From Vicugna vicugna (taxonomy: Eukaryota), in assembly GCA_013265495.1 (NCBI GenBank), contig PNXW01004639.1, positions 186,001-250,000 on the forward strand: a stretch of 64,000 nucleotides of DNA, given 5' to 3'. The stretch's first letter is position 1. Each line of letters opens with the position of its first letter. Made by a program: the position numbers and the translations under genes. Of this stretch, positions 1 through 13,350 are shown in pieces. The notes below the pieces were generated by a model. It made no database searches. It worked only from the letters and a program-made list of their open reading frames with translations, and had not been told where the DNA came from.

Positions 1-364
1 AATATGCTCAATTAAAATTATATGCCCCTCTGTTGACATGTGTTTGGTGATACCTATCTGTGTGAAAAGACATTTTCGAAGATAAAATACTCAAAAATCT
101 CATTTGGGGTCAACATTAACAGATGCATCGGCAGTTGATTCCGACCATAGTGAGAACATTAAGTTTGAACATCAGTTATGTAAAATGCTACCTCCCCCAA
201 AAGAGAATTCCATTCTTCTCATTAGTAGTCATGTATTTTTAAAAACAAACTCAATTATATCATTGTTATATTTTGAATTTCATCCATAAAAATTTGTGCG
301 AATTTGCCTTCTCTTTTGTCATACCTGCACCTATGTAATGTTCCCAACACTGCCTCATAGTTGG

Positions 365-420
365 CAAAGACTGAAGTATTTACTATCGGGCCCTTTACAG
401 AAAAGGGTTACCGACCCCTA
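365..420 (+). mobile_element. MER58-like hAT-Charlie DNA transposon end fragment
   Basis: tatttactatcgggccctttacagaaaagggttaccgacccct resembles the MER58 terminus. Confidence 0.65.
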
Positions 421-3400
421 TGCTAATTCCCACAAACGTTGACTTCATATAATTTCTCTAAGTTGTCTGCTCTCTTTAACTAGACAGCAGTTCCCACTCC
501 TAGTTCACTTGCTTCCAAAAGCTGTAGGTAAAAATTGCGGGGTATACAACACTGTTGATGAGCTTTCCATCTTTTTCTAAAAAGGTTTCACCCTGCTGAT
601 CCATCTCTTCCATCCCCTGCTCTATGTCGCCTCTACAGATGCCCACCGTGTTCCTGCCACTCACTCGTTGTCCACCGCTCCCGTCCCCACCAAAGCCTTT
701 CCTCAGACTCCAGATTTTCCCTTCTCTTTTCCTGACTCTCACAAATCTTACTTTTGGGTGCTTAGCTGTCCTCAGTCTTCACCGTTCTGGGTAGGCAGGG
801 TTTGGGATCCCCAGAGTGTGAGGTCTTGGCTTCCCCTAATCGCTCTGCTCTCTCCTAGAAGCTCCCGGGCTGGGTGAGTGAACCTGTCGATACAGTGCCA
901 TGTTTTATTCCAAGTCAAAGTAACAACTGTTCATGAGCAGGTGAGCTGTGGACAGCTAGCTCCCACAGTCCGAGGAGGGGAGGCTGTGGATGGAGGCAAC
1001 GTGTACGGCAAAGGTTATGAAAAGCATCAACAAGACGCATCCCAGCCTCCACAGCCGTGGCCCAGGGAAGCTGCTGAGAGGCAGTGCTGGGGGCCCCAGG
1101 AGGATGGGGGGACTGTGGCCATTTCTCCCGGACCGACTCCTGACGTGTTCCCACTCAGGCTAGCTCCAGAGAATCATTACCCCTTCCGGTCCCCTGGTGT
1201 CCTGCTGGGCGAGTGACAGGAAGCAAACTGCAGGAGAGGGGAGGCCCAGTCATCTTCTGAGTAAAGACATTTACCCTAATAGTAAATTAATCTGCGAAAA
1301 TAAACTAATCTGCCTAGGGTTATTTTTTAAGGGAAATATTTATGCACAAATGGATGTCTGATTGGTAGCCTGTGTGAGGGAATCTATTTCTGAACGGCAT
1401 CTCCACCCCCTAGAGTGTTTCCTGCTAAGTCAGAGTGTGGGGAGCCCTTCACAGAGCCACTGTGTGACGTGTAACATCCTTGTCTATGGAGAAACTTCTG
1501 TTTTACAAGATACTAAACAGGGGCTTGAAGAATCAGAATGTGAGAGGAGTGGGAAGTTTAATTGTCAGTAAGTGTTTAAATGTGGTACAATGAAAAGAAA
1601 TGACTAGATATTCTTACTAATGGAGAAATAGTACAAAAATAAATAAGCTTAAATCACAAGAAATTGACATACAGAATAAAGATTAATTTTCCTAATGTCA
1701 AAGCAAGAATTTCCAAACTTTTAAAGTCATATAGATTGACCGTCTTCACTTACCTCTTCCGATTCATAAACTGTTTTCTCTGCAGTCTTCTGTTAGTGTA
1801 CAAACCACGTGCTTGTGGACGGATAATAATAGCATGTGATATAATGCAGTTGCCAACGCAATGCTCAGTGAATTACATTCCCATGATCAGAATCAGTGGT
1901 AAACGGAGCTGGTCTGCTTTACCCCAGAATATCATCAACACTTATGCTCGGATTTACATACTCATAGTCAGCCTGAGCCCCTTCTTGTGGTCTGTCTTGA
2001 CTCACCAGGTTTCCGCACCAGGCTGGGCCCCCCTTCTTTTGTGCCCAAATCAGCCTGGCACACCTGGGCTCTGTCTGACCTGCTGTGTTGACACAGGCAG
2101 GTCCAATGTTGTAGGCTCCTTGTTTAGTCCTGCGGGTAATTCTAACGCTCGCTGGTTTCCTTACAAATGGGGAAAACCTGTATCGTGATTCTGTGATTTA
2201 AAAGTATGGAAAGAACCTGACGTTTAGTTCCCATGTATTTTATAGACAGCCATCGCTATTTTACTATTCCTTCATATTAAGTCCCAAGGTTCTTTGTGTT
2301 TATGTAAGCCTTCTTTCCTTCACTTGGTCTATTTATTTCAAAAGTGCTTTTAGACCTGCTTTTATATTTTATTTTAGTCTCTATCAGATAATATTAGATG
2401 GCTGATCTTTTTTTTTTTATTTTACTAACCATATAAGGGAAGTGCATAGGCCGGAATATGACATTATTAAATAATCATGCTCATCAAATTCAGTGTTGGA
2501 ATATCAAGATAGTATGAGGCTAATGAAAAATGCTTTGAAATGCTGCAAACGTGGTGTATCTCATGTTACCAAGTGGGAAATATGAGTTTAAAATCAGAAA
2601 GCCTGGGAGAGGAAACAGGAGAGATTAATGCTACCCCTTCGGGCTTTAGTCTCTAATATAAAACACTTTGCATGCTGAGAATATTTAAAGGAAAGAGCTG
2701 CCTCTTTACACCAAATTTTGTAAAGAAAAGAACGTGCAAAAAAGATCTTCAAGATTCCCTTTTTAAAGTTACGATACAGTGTCCAGTCATTACAGATGGA
2801 ATTATTAGAAATGAGGAGACCGATGAAAACCAGGCCCCTATGAAACAAGGCACAGCTAGAATCAAGAGCAATCAGTCTGCAGACACGCACGTTCTTACCG
2901 CATTGCCATTCAAGCGAGCGGGCACGCAAGCTTTAACAAGTAGGGACTCTGACAAAAGAAGAAGGCTGCAGAAAAGCCATCTGCAATTGTAAAATACCGA
3001 GGGGAGAGGCAGGAGTCTAAACCGTACTCAGGAAATAAATGTGCAGTTAGGAGCATTCAGAAGTGATGCCAGAGGAGGCTGAGGCCGACGTGAACGAGGA
3101 GGAGAATTCTGAAAGCACTGCAACAAACGTAAGGAGGCACGAGTCAAATGTAGCGTCGCCCTAGAGACTGCTGCTAAAAGAAGAGTTAAGAGTAGAGATA
3201 AACTGTTAGAAAAACCATCACTCTGATGGAGGACGCATAAAGTAAGCGGAATAAAGATGTAAGTCTGGACAGGGGAAATAAAGCACGGTAAACAAGAACA
3301 GAGTGTCATTTTAGTTCCACTGCATTAAACGTACATAGTGCATAATACACCTTGAAGAAAAGAATATGCCTTGTTCCTGAGTTCTGTTAGGTTTCCTAAG

Positions 3401-3557
3401 TCCCTTCGCCTACCTGTGAAAACACCTGTTTTTCGCCATGCACGGTAACCACTGATGTCAGTAAGAGTTAAGTTTCCTCCATATTAGTTTAAACTGAATT
3501 CACTAATGAGGTTTGGGTTTTGTGACCTCTTGGAGAAATCTTATAACATGTCTCTTT

Positions 3558-3635
3558 CCTTATTGAAGTATAGTTGATTTATAATATTTCAGGTGTACAG
3601 CAGAGTGATTCAGTTATATGTATGTCTATATACTA
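3558..3635 (-). mobile_element. Very short L1 3' end fragment
   Basis: ttattgaagtatagttgattt...tttcaggtgtacagcagagtgattcagtta, the same motif as at 6893 and 7515. Confidence 0.7.
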
Positions 3636-3659
3636 TGCCACTTCCTAAAGGACAATATA

Positions 3660-3872
3660 CTGTAGTGGAAAGTTAATAAAGTTAGGACCCGGGTTCAAGT
3701 TCACTTTTGACCTTCTACCAGCTTATGTGACTTTGGACGACCAATCTAAACTCCCTTAGCATCAGCTGCTTCATCTCAAAATGTGTGCACTAATTATGCC
3801 TTCAGAACAATAACTCAGGAATGAAATAGAAAGCATTTAACACTGTCCCCAGGACTGATAAATATTAGCTTT
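3660..3872 (+). mobile_element. MIR SINE
   Basis: gggttcaag...tatgtgactttgg...cttcatctcaaaatg core and ataaatattagct tail. Confidence 0.6.
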
Positions 3873-4744
3873 TTTTTCCCCCTCCAGATTCCAAAGGTTC
3901 TGGCCAACCTTGAAGTTCGTGATGCCAAGAAAATAGTACCTGCTAATAGGCATGTTGAGAAAATCCATTAATGGTGAAAAAACTTGGCTGAAAAGTGGTG
4001 GTATCACTGTTTCATCAGATTCCTGCGGGAAACGGCCACAGTTTAAAAAGCTTTGACTTTAGGTGGCTGACAGCAGCGGACAGCATTGCTTGCAATCAGA
4101 GATAGCGCAATGTGAACACAACATCTAACAATCCGGAAGCAGAAACAGGACAGTAAACATTTTACACAGTGCATTACCGTGCCCCCCTAGGGCACTCAAA
4201 AATATAATCCATGGTGATTATGACAATGATGAACAGGACCAGGCCCTGCAGTCAGCGCCTAGAGCTATTAGCGAAAAGCCGTGCACTTAGGAGGGGGAGG
4301 CGGTCGCCTCTGTGGCCTCCACCAGGTCCATTTCCACACGCTGGGTTACAGGGCAGTGATTTAAGAAGTGTAGGGCTTTGAGAGGACGGGAAATGGCCTG
4401 TTTTGTGACCCAAATAAAATGCTGACAGTCTGTCATGAAACCATTTTCAATTTCTGCCCTGAAACCTTATTTACATTTTTTTCTCCTTCAAGATTCTATC
4501 TTAGGGATACTAAATTCTCCTGGGGCGGCGGCGGGGGGGGGTGTATTCTGCAAGTCCTTTGATTCAGAAAGCTATTAAGGATATAGCTTCAAAGTTGCTT
4601 TAACTATCTTGAGGTAAGGCCAAGAAGGTCTCTATTTTCAGTGAGGTATTGATCAGGAGACAGAGGGAGAAAAACTAAATAAATAGAACCAAAAGAATGG
4701 AGAAACGCAACTCTGGTTTTTCTACTTTTTCTACAGGAGGCAAA

Positions 4745-5320
4745 TGGCAGAAACTGCTTGTTACTTGCCATGATCTGTTCTCTCCTTCCCCCCTTGCTAA
4801 CAGAACTCCAGTTTCATTGGATATTCAAGGATCACCAATGATCCCAGCTTAATACATAAATATCTTCACTTCCCCAAATAACTCTGCAGCAAGGGAAAGC
4901 TATGTTACCCGGTTCCAGCCAGATATAGGATATAGGCAGACATATCTGGAGGAAGTAGCCCTTCTCAAGACAAGGCAAAGCTTTATGGGAAAGGCTTCTG
5001 GACCTTTCCCTTTCTTCCTGCCTGGGATCAGAATGTGATGCCTGGAGGGGCAGCAGCTATTTTGCAAACATGAGTACAGAGGCCACAGGCTGATGAAGGG
5101 GGAATAGGGAACAGGAGTTTGAACCGTTGATGATCTTGAAGAGTTTTAGCTGCAGCAGCCCTGGACTCACCATCTCCACAGTGTCCTGTGCATGAGAAAA
5201 ATAAGCCCTTTCTGTGGTTAAATCATTGTTTTCCAGGTTTTGAGAAAAATCGGCCCTTTTTGTGTTTAAGTCACTGTTTTTCAGGTTTTCTATAGCTCTA
5301 AGCAAAAATGATGTTATGTA
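4745..5320 (+). mobile_element. MLT1J-like ERVL-MaLR LTR
   Basis: ccttgctaacagaactcc, ttcttcctgcctgg...tgtgatgcctggaggggcagcagctattttg, gagaaaaataagccc. Confidence 0.65.
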
Positions 5321-5344
5321 GAGCATGTGTTATTGGTGGAGTTA

Positions 5345-5471
5345 TTTTTAAGTACATAACTGTTATGTGCACTGGGAAACCAAAAACTTTGTGTGACTCG
5401 CTTTATTGCAATATTCATTTTATTATGGTGGTTTGGAACCAAACCCGTGATATCTCTGAGTTCTGCTTGTA
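5345..5471 (+). mobile_element. Tigger1 terminal fragment (TcMar DNA transposon)
   Basis: cactgggaaaccaaaaactttgtgtgactcgctttattgcaatatt...ggaaccaaacccgtgatatctctgag ending in TA. Confidence 0.8.
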
Positions 5472-6059
5472 TTAGCCAATGTGTACACATGCACGTACAT
5501 ATTTGTATTTTATATGTACATATATACCCATGTACATAGTATACATATAGTTATGTATTCATATATCTGGATGTTTGACAGGTACTTGCATACACATTTA
5601 AACACCTAGGTATGTTTATTTGATTTGTTCTCACCATCAAGAGATATTTTTAAACGGATATGAAAAGAATAGCATCTGACGAGCAGTACGCATCTGAAAC
5701 CATAAATGTAATTGTCAGGAAGTTCCAAAGCACAGAATCGTAGGGTGAGGGAGATGGATATTTTCAGGCCAAAAGTTGACCAGAGGAGTTCCCCAGGTCT
5801 TTAACTTCATGCTCCTAATTCCATTACATGAAATAATTTAAAGCTCTGTTTTTCAAATCTTTTTTAATTCATAGACACTTAAAGTGATAAAGCTGGAAAG
5901 GACTTGGGAGATCACCTTGTTCATGTCCTCTGAGTTTATGGATAATGAAGCTGAGATCCTAAAACACAGGTGATTTGTCCTGCGCTGGGAACATGTCAGT
6001 GGCTGAGCTGAAACCCAAACCCTTTTCCTTGATCTTCACTCAGGCTCTGGGTCAGAAGG

Positions 6060-6330
6060 CAGGTGGGTCAATGGAGTCTCCAGGCTGAGGACCCCTCTCC
6101 TGTGATCATTCCATGCAAGTGTCAGCCCTTTGTGTCACTTTGTGTCACTCTGTGGGGCTGGAGAACCTGGGGGACAGCCACCAACGTGATGATGCTCATG
6201 GTGCCTGTGGTCAGTGAGTAATAGTCATTTATTTGTCTCTGATCCAGGGGTCTCACGTCTTCTGCCAGAATCTATGAAACAGTAAGAGGTTAATTTATTA
6301 GCCTATAAGTCAGATAAAATCAAATGACAG
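6060..6330 (+). mobile_element. ERVL-type LTR fragment (MER74/LTR53-like, family uncertain)
   Basis: tgagtaata...tgtctctgatccaggggtctcacgtcttctgccagaatctatgaaac resembles an LTR 3' part. Confidence 0.4.
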
Positions 6331-6339
6331 GATGGATAT

Positions 6340-7410
6340 AATAAGCCTCATAGTAAAAGTTGGAAATTGTTAACTCCTTTTCGATTTTATGTGCAGTCAC
6401 ATGTGGGATTTTAAAAGTTTGAGGGAATCACCCATGAAGCCATTAGAGACTCAAGTTTTTACTTGTGGGGAGGTTCTGATGATAAATTCAACTCCATTAT
6501 TATGGAACAGCTCAGATTTTCTATTTTTTCAGTTTTGGCAAGTTGTTTTTCAAGGAATTTGTTTGCTTCATGTAAATTGTCATATATGTTGGCACAAAGT
6601 TGTTCATAATATTCCCTTATTATTCCTTTAATATCTATAAATATGAAAAAAGCCAAACTCTCATTTATTCCTGAAAGTAGTAGTTTTGGTTTTCTTTTTA
6701 AGTTCTTTGTCCTTATCGAAAGAAACATTTTATTAGTCTTTTCAGAGAACTTAATTTCAGTTTTGTGGATTTCCTCCATTGTTTGTTTTGTATTTCTTGA
6801 TCTCTATTCTTATAGTTAGTATTTTTTGACTTTTATATATTTGGGCTTAAATTGCTTGTCTTTCTCTAAATTCTCTCTTATAATTCTTATTTTTTATTGA
6901 AGTGTAGTCAGTTTACAATGTTAGTTTCAGGTGTACAGCAAAGCAATTCAGTTATACAATCACATACATGTGTTTCTTTTTATAAATTCTTAAGGTAGAA
7001 ATTTAGAGTGATCTTATATCTTTTTTCTTTCCTAATTTAAGAGTTATCCTTTAAGCACTGCTTTAGCAACATCCCACAAATTTTCACAGGCCATATTTTT
7101 ATTACAGTTTTATTCAAATGAAGTTTTCATTTTCTTTGTGATTGTTTGTCCCTTGACCTCTCTGATATTTAGAAAGGAGTTCTTTAATTTCCAAATGTCT
7201 AGGCTTATCTAGATATGTTATTGATTTCTAATTTAAGTCTGTTATGATCAGTTAACATGCTTTAAAAGTCAAGCCTTTTAAGTTTATTGAGGATGTTTCT
7301 TTCCTAGCATATAGTTTATCTTGGAGATTGTACTATATACACTTGATAAGGGATGTTAAAATCACCATTGGATTTGTCTACTTACCCTGTTAGTTCGACC
7401 ACTGTTTGCT
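6340..7410 (-). mobile_element. Old L1 ORF2 fragment with a nested short young L1 3' end at about 6890-6975
   Basis: Minus-strand translation DIKGIIREYYEQLCANIYDNLHEANKFLEK is L1 ORF2-like; T-rich plus strand. Confidence 0.8.
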
Positions 7411-7510
7411 TTGGGGTTTTTGTTTTGTTTTGTTTTGTTGATATCAACATGGTTTAGCCTTTAGGTTTCAACTCTCAGAGCCAACATATGAAGAATGATG
7501 TCAGATTCAC

Positions 7511-8155
7511 TTTTTAAATTGAAGTATAGTTGACTTATAATGTTGTGTTAGTTTCAGATGTACAGCAAAGTGATTCAGTTACACGTATACATATACATAT
7601 TCTTTTTCAGATTCTTTTCCATTATAAGTTATTACAAGATATTGAATATAGTTTCCTGTGCTCTACAGTAGGACCTTGTTGTTTATCTATTTTATGTATA
7701 GTAGTGTATATCTGTTAATCCCAAACTCCTAATTTATCCTTCCTCCTCACCTCTTTCCCCTTTGGTAACCATAGTTTGTTTTCTATGTCTGAGTCTACTT
7801 CTGGTTTGTAAATAAGTTTATTTGTATCATTTTTAAAGATTCCACATATGAAAGATACCATATGGTATTTGTCTTTCTCTGTCTGACTTACTTCACTTAA
7901 TATGATAATCTCTAGGTCCATCTATGTTGCTGCAAATGGCATTATTTCATTCTTTTTTGTGGCTGAGTAATAGTCCATTGTATATATATCCCACGTCTTT
8001 ATCCATTTAACTATTAATAGACGTTTAGTTTGCTTCCATGTCTTGGTCATTGTAAACAGTGCTGCTATGAACACTGGTCTGCATGTATCTTTTTGAGTTA
8101 GAATTTTCTCCAGATATATGCCCAGGAATGGGGTTGCTGGATCATATGGTAACTA
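7511..8155 (-). mobile_element. Younger L1 3' end (ORF2 C-terminus and 3' UTR)
   Basis: Minus translation MDLEIIILSEVSQTEKDKYHMVSFICGI; well-preserved L1 3' UTR. Confidence 0.9.
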
Positions 8156-8473
8156 GAGTTGATAGACTTGCTTTTGATTTCGTATCCAGGTTGGCAATCT
8201 AATATACTTCCCTAGCCTTTCTGCACGTGTGAGTAATTGGGGAGGGGGTGGTTGTTGGGGAGCCCTGTGGAGGAATGAACTCTTGAACAGTAAGCTCTCA
8301 GGGAATGTCATTATTCCCTGAGAACCTCAACTCTATGTACCAAAGCTATGTTGAACAAAATCTACTTCTAATCAAGCAAAATAAGGACAGAGGTCATGGT
8401 GTGCCAAAGAGCAATCAGAATATCAGGGCAGTGGCAGAACAGAATGGATACTGGTAAATATTTTGAAGGAACA

Positions 8474-8985
8474 TGTGGCAGAACATGGTGCTTGCCTACC
8501 CAGTATCCACTCTCTACTTCATTTCTGCTAAGAGAACCCTCGTTTTCCTTTTTTATTGGCAATGCAGCCAAAACACAGACAAAAACAAAACAAACAAAAC
8601 GCCCTACCTGAGAAACTCAGACTCTGTTAAAGCAAAGGCTAACCACATGACATGATTTTGTCAATGAGATGAGCTGAAACCTACCAGGAGTTCCTATGTA
8701 GTGTTACTCTCCTGACATGGGTGTCAGGCTTCCCTATTCTTCCTGCTTGGAACACAGAAGGGAGTCTAGAGGTAAGGACTACTATCTTGCAGCCATGAAG
8801 TAACCATGAGGATGAAGGAACGAAAAGACAGAATAAATCCAGGATGTTGATGCTCTTACGAGGCCACTACACCAACCACACCACCTATGTCCAGATTTAA
8901 TATATAAGACAAAGAAGCCCTTATTTGGTTAAGCTGCCATAATTGTGTTTCTGTTTTATGCAGTTGAATGTAATCCCTAACTAAT
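8474..8985 (+). mobile_element. MLT1J-like MaLR LTR
   Basis: Starts tgtggcaga; ctgctaagagaaccc, ttcttcctgcttggaacacag, ctatcttgcagccatga; homologous to 4745-5320. Confidence 0.65.
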
Positions 8986-11744
8986 CCCCAAAGCACAAGT
9001 CGTAAGAAACTCATGACTGTGTCACAAGCCAAATGCAAACTTCTGCCTGGGAGTTAACACTTCCACATTTTCTACTCCTCTAGAATAACTTCTATAAAAA
9101 ATAGACTTCAAAACTTTTTATGTTATCATGCAAAGAACTCAGTGCAGACTTTCATCCATTTGGCATCATTTTGGTAATTGGAAGTCCTCCAGGCAGTGGT
9201 TTTCTCTCTTTGAAATATCCCCTCCTTTTTCTAAAATGAAACATTAAGCCCAGGCTATACCAAGAAAGATTGTTGACTGCCCTTCTGTAAAACAGTTCGA
9301 CTTCCCACACAGTTTGAAAGACATTACACGGTGAAATTTGTACAAGATTATTTTCTTATCTGGAATCTCTGCAAGTGTGTTTCTGTAACTGCCTTGGCCT
9401 TTTCGATCTGAGTTAACATCATGCTTAACCCTTTTCTTTTGGGGAGTTTTGAATTCCTAACATTCAGTGTGAATCCTTTTCACAGAGCACTGAACCTCAG
9501 AAGCAAGTTCTAACATGCATGTGCTGAGGGATTAATCAAGCCATTTACAATCAGGCTGTCACATGCATATCTACTGATACAAACTTCCAGTCCACATCTA
9601 AAATAGACAGCAATTCCAGTTGGCATTTAGGATATGACCCCGGATGCCCTGGCTGAGAGTTAATACAGGAATAGAATGCAGTGTTTCTCAGCTCTGCTAA
9701 TCCAAATTAGAACACTTTGTAAAGGTGAGTGTTTAATCCCTGAAAGGCTGTAAAACACGTATGTGTGTGCACATGCAGGCACGCACACACACACACAAAC
9801 ACACCCTAGCATTTTCCTATCATTTCACCAATGAAAATAGTAACAGAAAAAAAACCAAAAAACCTAGGAGTCAATATTTAGCGAGTAAGCACAAAGTGCA
9901 GAATTTTAAACATCTAATAGCTTTGGGTCTGATAAACCTTTCAAGTCCAAGAGATGAGTAATGGAATATAGACCCTATTGTGAATTAATCACTAGTCCAA
10001 ACTGGGTCCAAAACAATAATAATTAGATCAGAAATGCCAAAGAATCCTTCTTGAGACTTAACAGACTTAAACTCTGAACCCTGTCTGCATAATATGAACA
10101 ATGTCAAAATATTGTTTATTTTTTAATGGGTTTCAAGATATCTACAAATATTATAAGACTGAGTTTCTCTGTTGACTATGATAGCTGATTAAAATTACAT
10201 ATGCTAAAAGTTTGGCAAAAGGTGACCTTATATTTGTCTGCGGAAATGGACCCTTCTGTTCTGTTAGGAATGTAACTCTATTTTTACTATATTATAACCA
10301 TTGTGTTCTCACTGAGACATCAAATACAATACATTGGACTCAATCATCTCTTGAGCTTTTTGTTTGTTCCATTACATAGATAGAGACGGACACACATACA
10401 GCTGACAAGTTATCTCCTGGTGTGTGAATGTCATCGAGGAGGCTGGAGCATGCCCAAGTGTCTTAAAGAAGCTCACTATATTTATACATGACCTTTAGTC
10501 AATGATATAACCTCTTTCTATATGGTCTGTCAAGCTCAGGATGGAGTATTTTTCCTTAAACTGTGCATACCTTTGATTGCTTCATGCTAGCAAGGTCCAT
10601 CTGGTGCTGTCATTTCACAGCTATCAATTTCAATGTCACCTAACTTCAAATCACACCCCAACACAATCCAGCCAAACTCGGAATGTCCACAAGGTAGATA
10701 CCATGGCATAATGACATGACAGAATCCAAGCATTTCTGCTTTAAACTCCAGGTCCATTCTCAGGCTCAAGACCTTTCCTGGGCTCTTCTTTGTGGTGAGG
10801 AGACCTTGGCTCAGTCTCTTCTCTTCTTGTCTGCTGTCACCTCCCCTCTGCTTTGCTTCCACCTCTCAAAATGCCTTGCTGTTCCTAAAAATAGCACCCA
10901 ACCTGCTAATGTCTTAAGAGTTTTCCAGTTGCTCAGTATGTGATTCTGGCAATCATTTACAATAACATCACTGAGTCTGCAAGTAAAAATATTTCAAACC
11001 TTTTATAGTCTTGGTCCTTGGTCTAAAATGACCAAGTCACTACTTGATCATTGCTACCTGAAATCTATTAAGATTTCTGTTCTGAGCTTCTGTTTCCTAA
11101 GGCGGGCTCCTCACTAACCCCCTCCCCCACATTCTGACCCGATCAAGGCAGATCATAGTTGCCCTTTTGCCTCAAGTGGCAATGCTCCATTCTTGAAAAG
11201 GGTATCTTTGATATAACTTCTCATGGGAACAAATGTGGTCCCCACCAGAAATTTAATGTTTATAGTAATTGCCTTCTGAGACCTGATTCCTTTTTGTCTT
11301 TCAATGTGCCAAATAAAACTTGTTTTATGTTGACATATTTATTTTAATTCTTTTCAGTAGTAATCTGGCAGGAATTGTGGGGGAAATTGTCTTCAGAAAT
11401 GGTTGGCAACAAATGAATACACCACATGAAGCGCTAATATTTGTAATCCTTTCCAAAATTGCCAAAACTCCATATTTCAAAATTCTGCTCTGAAGTGTTA
11501 ACGCTCACTTACGGTGAATTGCAGAAAATATTTAACTGACTAAATAAAATTTCTCTAGAAAATGCCAGATTACAGGCACTGGGATCCCTCCTTTTCTTCT
11601 TCGGTAACTAAATACCTTGGAGTTAGTTGAAATAAGGTCCTTTGGAGCTTAAGTGAAACTTTAAAGGGCAGATAATTTTATCTTGTGAAAGCTTTTCCAG
11701 AAAAAGCAAAGGCTGCATGAGTCATTTTATGAGCTTAATATCTT

Positions 11745-13350
11745 AAAACTAGATAAAGACAATACAGAAGAAAAGGGAAATAGCCTACTTCTGAACATAG
11801 ATGAGAAAATACTAAATAAAATATTAGCCAAATAAATTTATAAGCTATTAAGTCTAATACTAAGTGAATTTGTAGGAATGATCTCAGGAATGGTACGATG
11901 GCTTACCATCATCTCAGTAGATAGAGAAAAAGCATTTAATAAATTTTATGCTTATTTAATGATAAAACAAAAGGAACTAAGAAAACTGGGAGCAAATATG
12001 ATGTCTTTAACTTGATAAAAGTATTCATTTACAAGACTCAGCTAAATAGCATTTATTGAAGAAATTTTGAACTCAACAAAGCAAGGATATCTTTTATCAC
12101 AACTATTCAGTGTAGTACTGAAGGCCCTAGCCAACACAATAAGACAAGGAAAATAATTGGTAATGATAAGAATTGGAAAGGAAGAGATAAAACTTTCATT
12201 ACTTATAAATGATAAGATTATGTAGAAAACCAAGAGAATGAACAAATTAGTGTATCTGATAAGAGTTAAGTGAAATTGCCAGACACAAGATAAACTTTAA
12301 AGATTAATGGCATTTTTCTGCACCGCTAGTCTCAAAATACTGGTTCCTCTAAAAGTTGATAAATAAAACTTTAAAAAACACATAATCCTTATCTTTAAAA
12401 AGCAAGCCAGCACATTTTATGAGCCTTGTATGACCCCCATATTTATTTATAAACTGCAAGTAGGTACTTTACAAACAACATAATGTAGAGACTAAAAGCC
12501 AGATTGCTTTGGGTTCAAATCTTGGTTCTGTCACACACCTGTGTGAACTTAGGCAGATTACATAACCACTCTCTGCCTCCTCTTTCTTGCCTTTAAAATG
12601 ATGGGGAAAAAATTACCACTTAGGATTTTGTGAGGATTAAGTGATTAAATACTTGGAAAGCATCTGAATAGTACCTAGCACAAAGTTGGTACCTCATAAA
12701 AATTAGCTATTATTATTATTATTATATATAGAACAAATGTATTAATACATTAGGGACTATTTGCCTAAAAATTAAAATCTTAACATAAAATAAATAATAA
12801 GTGTTTATAGAAGTGCTAATATTTTCTTCTCCTCCTCAATTGGCTGTCCACATTTTACCTTGGAATCCAGGACCTTACATAGAAAAAAGCAAATAAAAAT
12901 ATAAGAGAAGATAATTTGTCACTCAAAATATCAATGCAAACTATGAAATACCTAGGAATTAGACCGATGAAGAAAGAAGGTCTTCACAGAGAAACTTTTA
13001 AGATTTCTAAAGCTAATCAAATGAGATCTTAATAAAGAAGGCGTGTTAACATTGTAAAGCTATTAATGGTTTCCCAAGTTTATCTATAAACTCAGTGTTT
13101 ATATATGATCAATATCTCAGCAGAATTTGCAGAAGAACATGAAACTGATTCTAAATATAATTTGAAAGTTTACACATTCATACAAAGTTAATATAATTTT
13201 GAGAAATAAGACTAAAAATGGGAACTCATGAGATATTAAGATGCATTATGGTGCCACAGTACTAAAAATAGTATAGAATTTGTACAGATACACCAATGAA
13301 ATAAAACAGAGAGACCAAACAGCTTTATATATAAAGGACACGTGTATATA
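11745..13350 (+). mobile_element. Degenerate old L1 (L1M-type) ORF2 fragments interrupted by a MIR
   Basis: A-rich; catctcagtagatagagaaaaagcatttaataaa, ctattcagtgtagtactgaaggccctagccaacacaataagacaagg, aactgattctaaa. Confidence 0.7.
12470..12722 (+). mobile_element. MIR SINE
   Basis: agccagattgctttgggttcaaatcttggttctgtcac...tgtgaggattaagtga...(tat)n tail. Confidence 0.8.

Noticed and set aside
1664..2188. 174-aa plus-strand ORF
   Set aside because: Non-ATG start, no recognisable domain, no coding-like composition or exon context.
2594..3309. Overlapping 93-111 aa ORFs, considered as a processed pseudogene
   Set aside because: No recognisable protein similarity and no polyA tail with TSD.
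4179..4320. CTCF-like motifs (gtgcccccctagggcac; ggtcgcctctgtggcc)
   Set aside because: Both need a mismatch or gap at invariant core positions.
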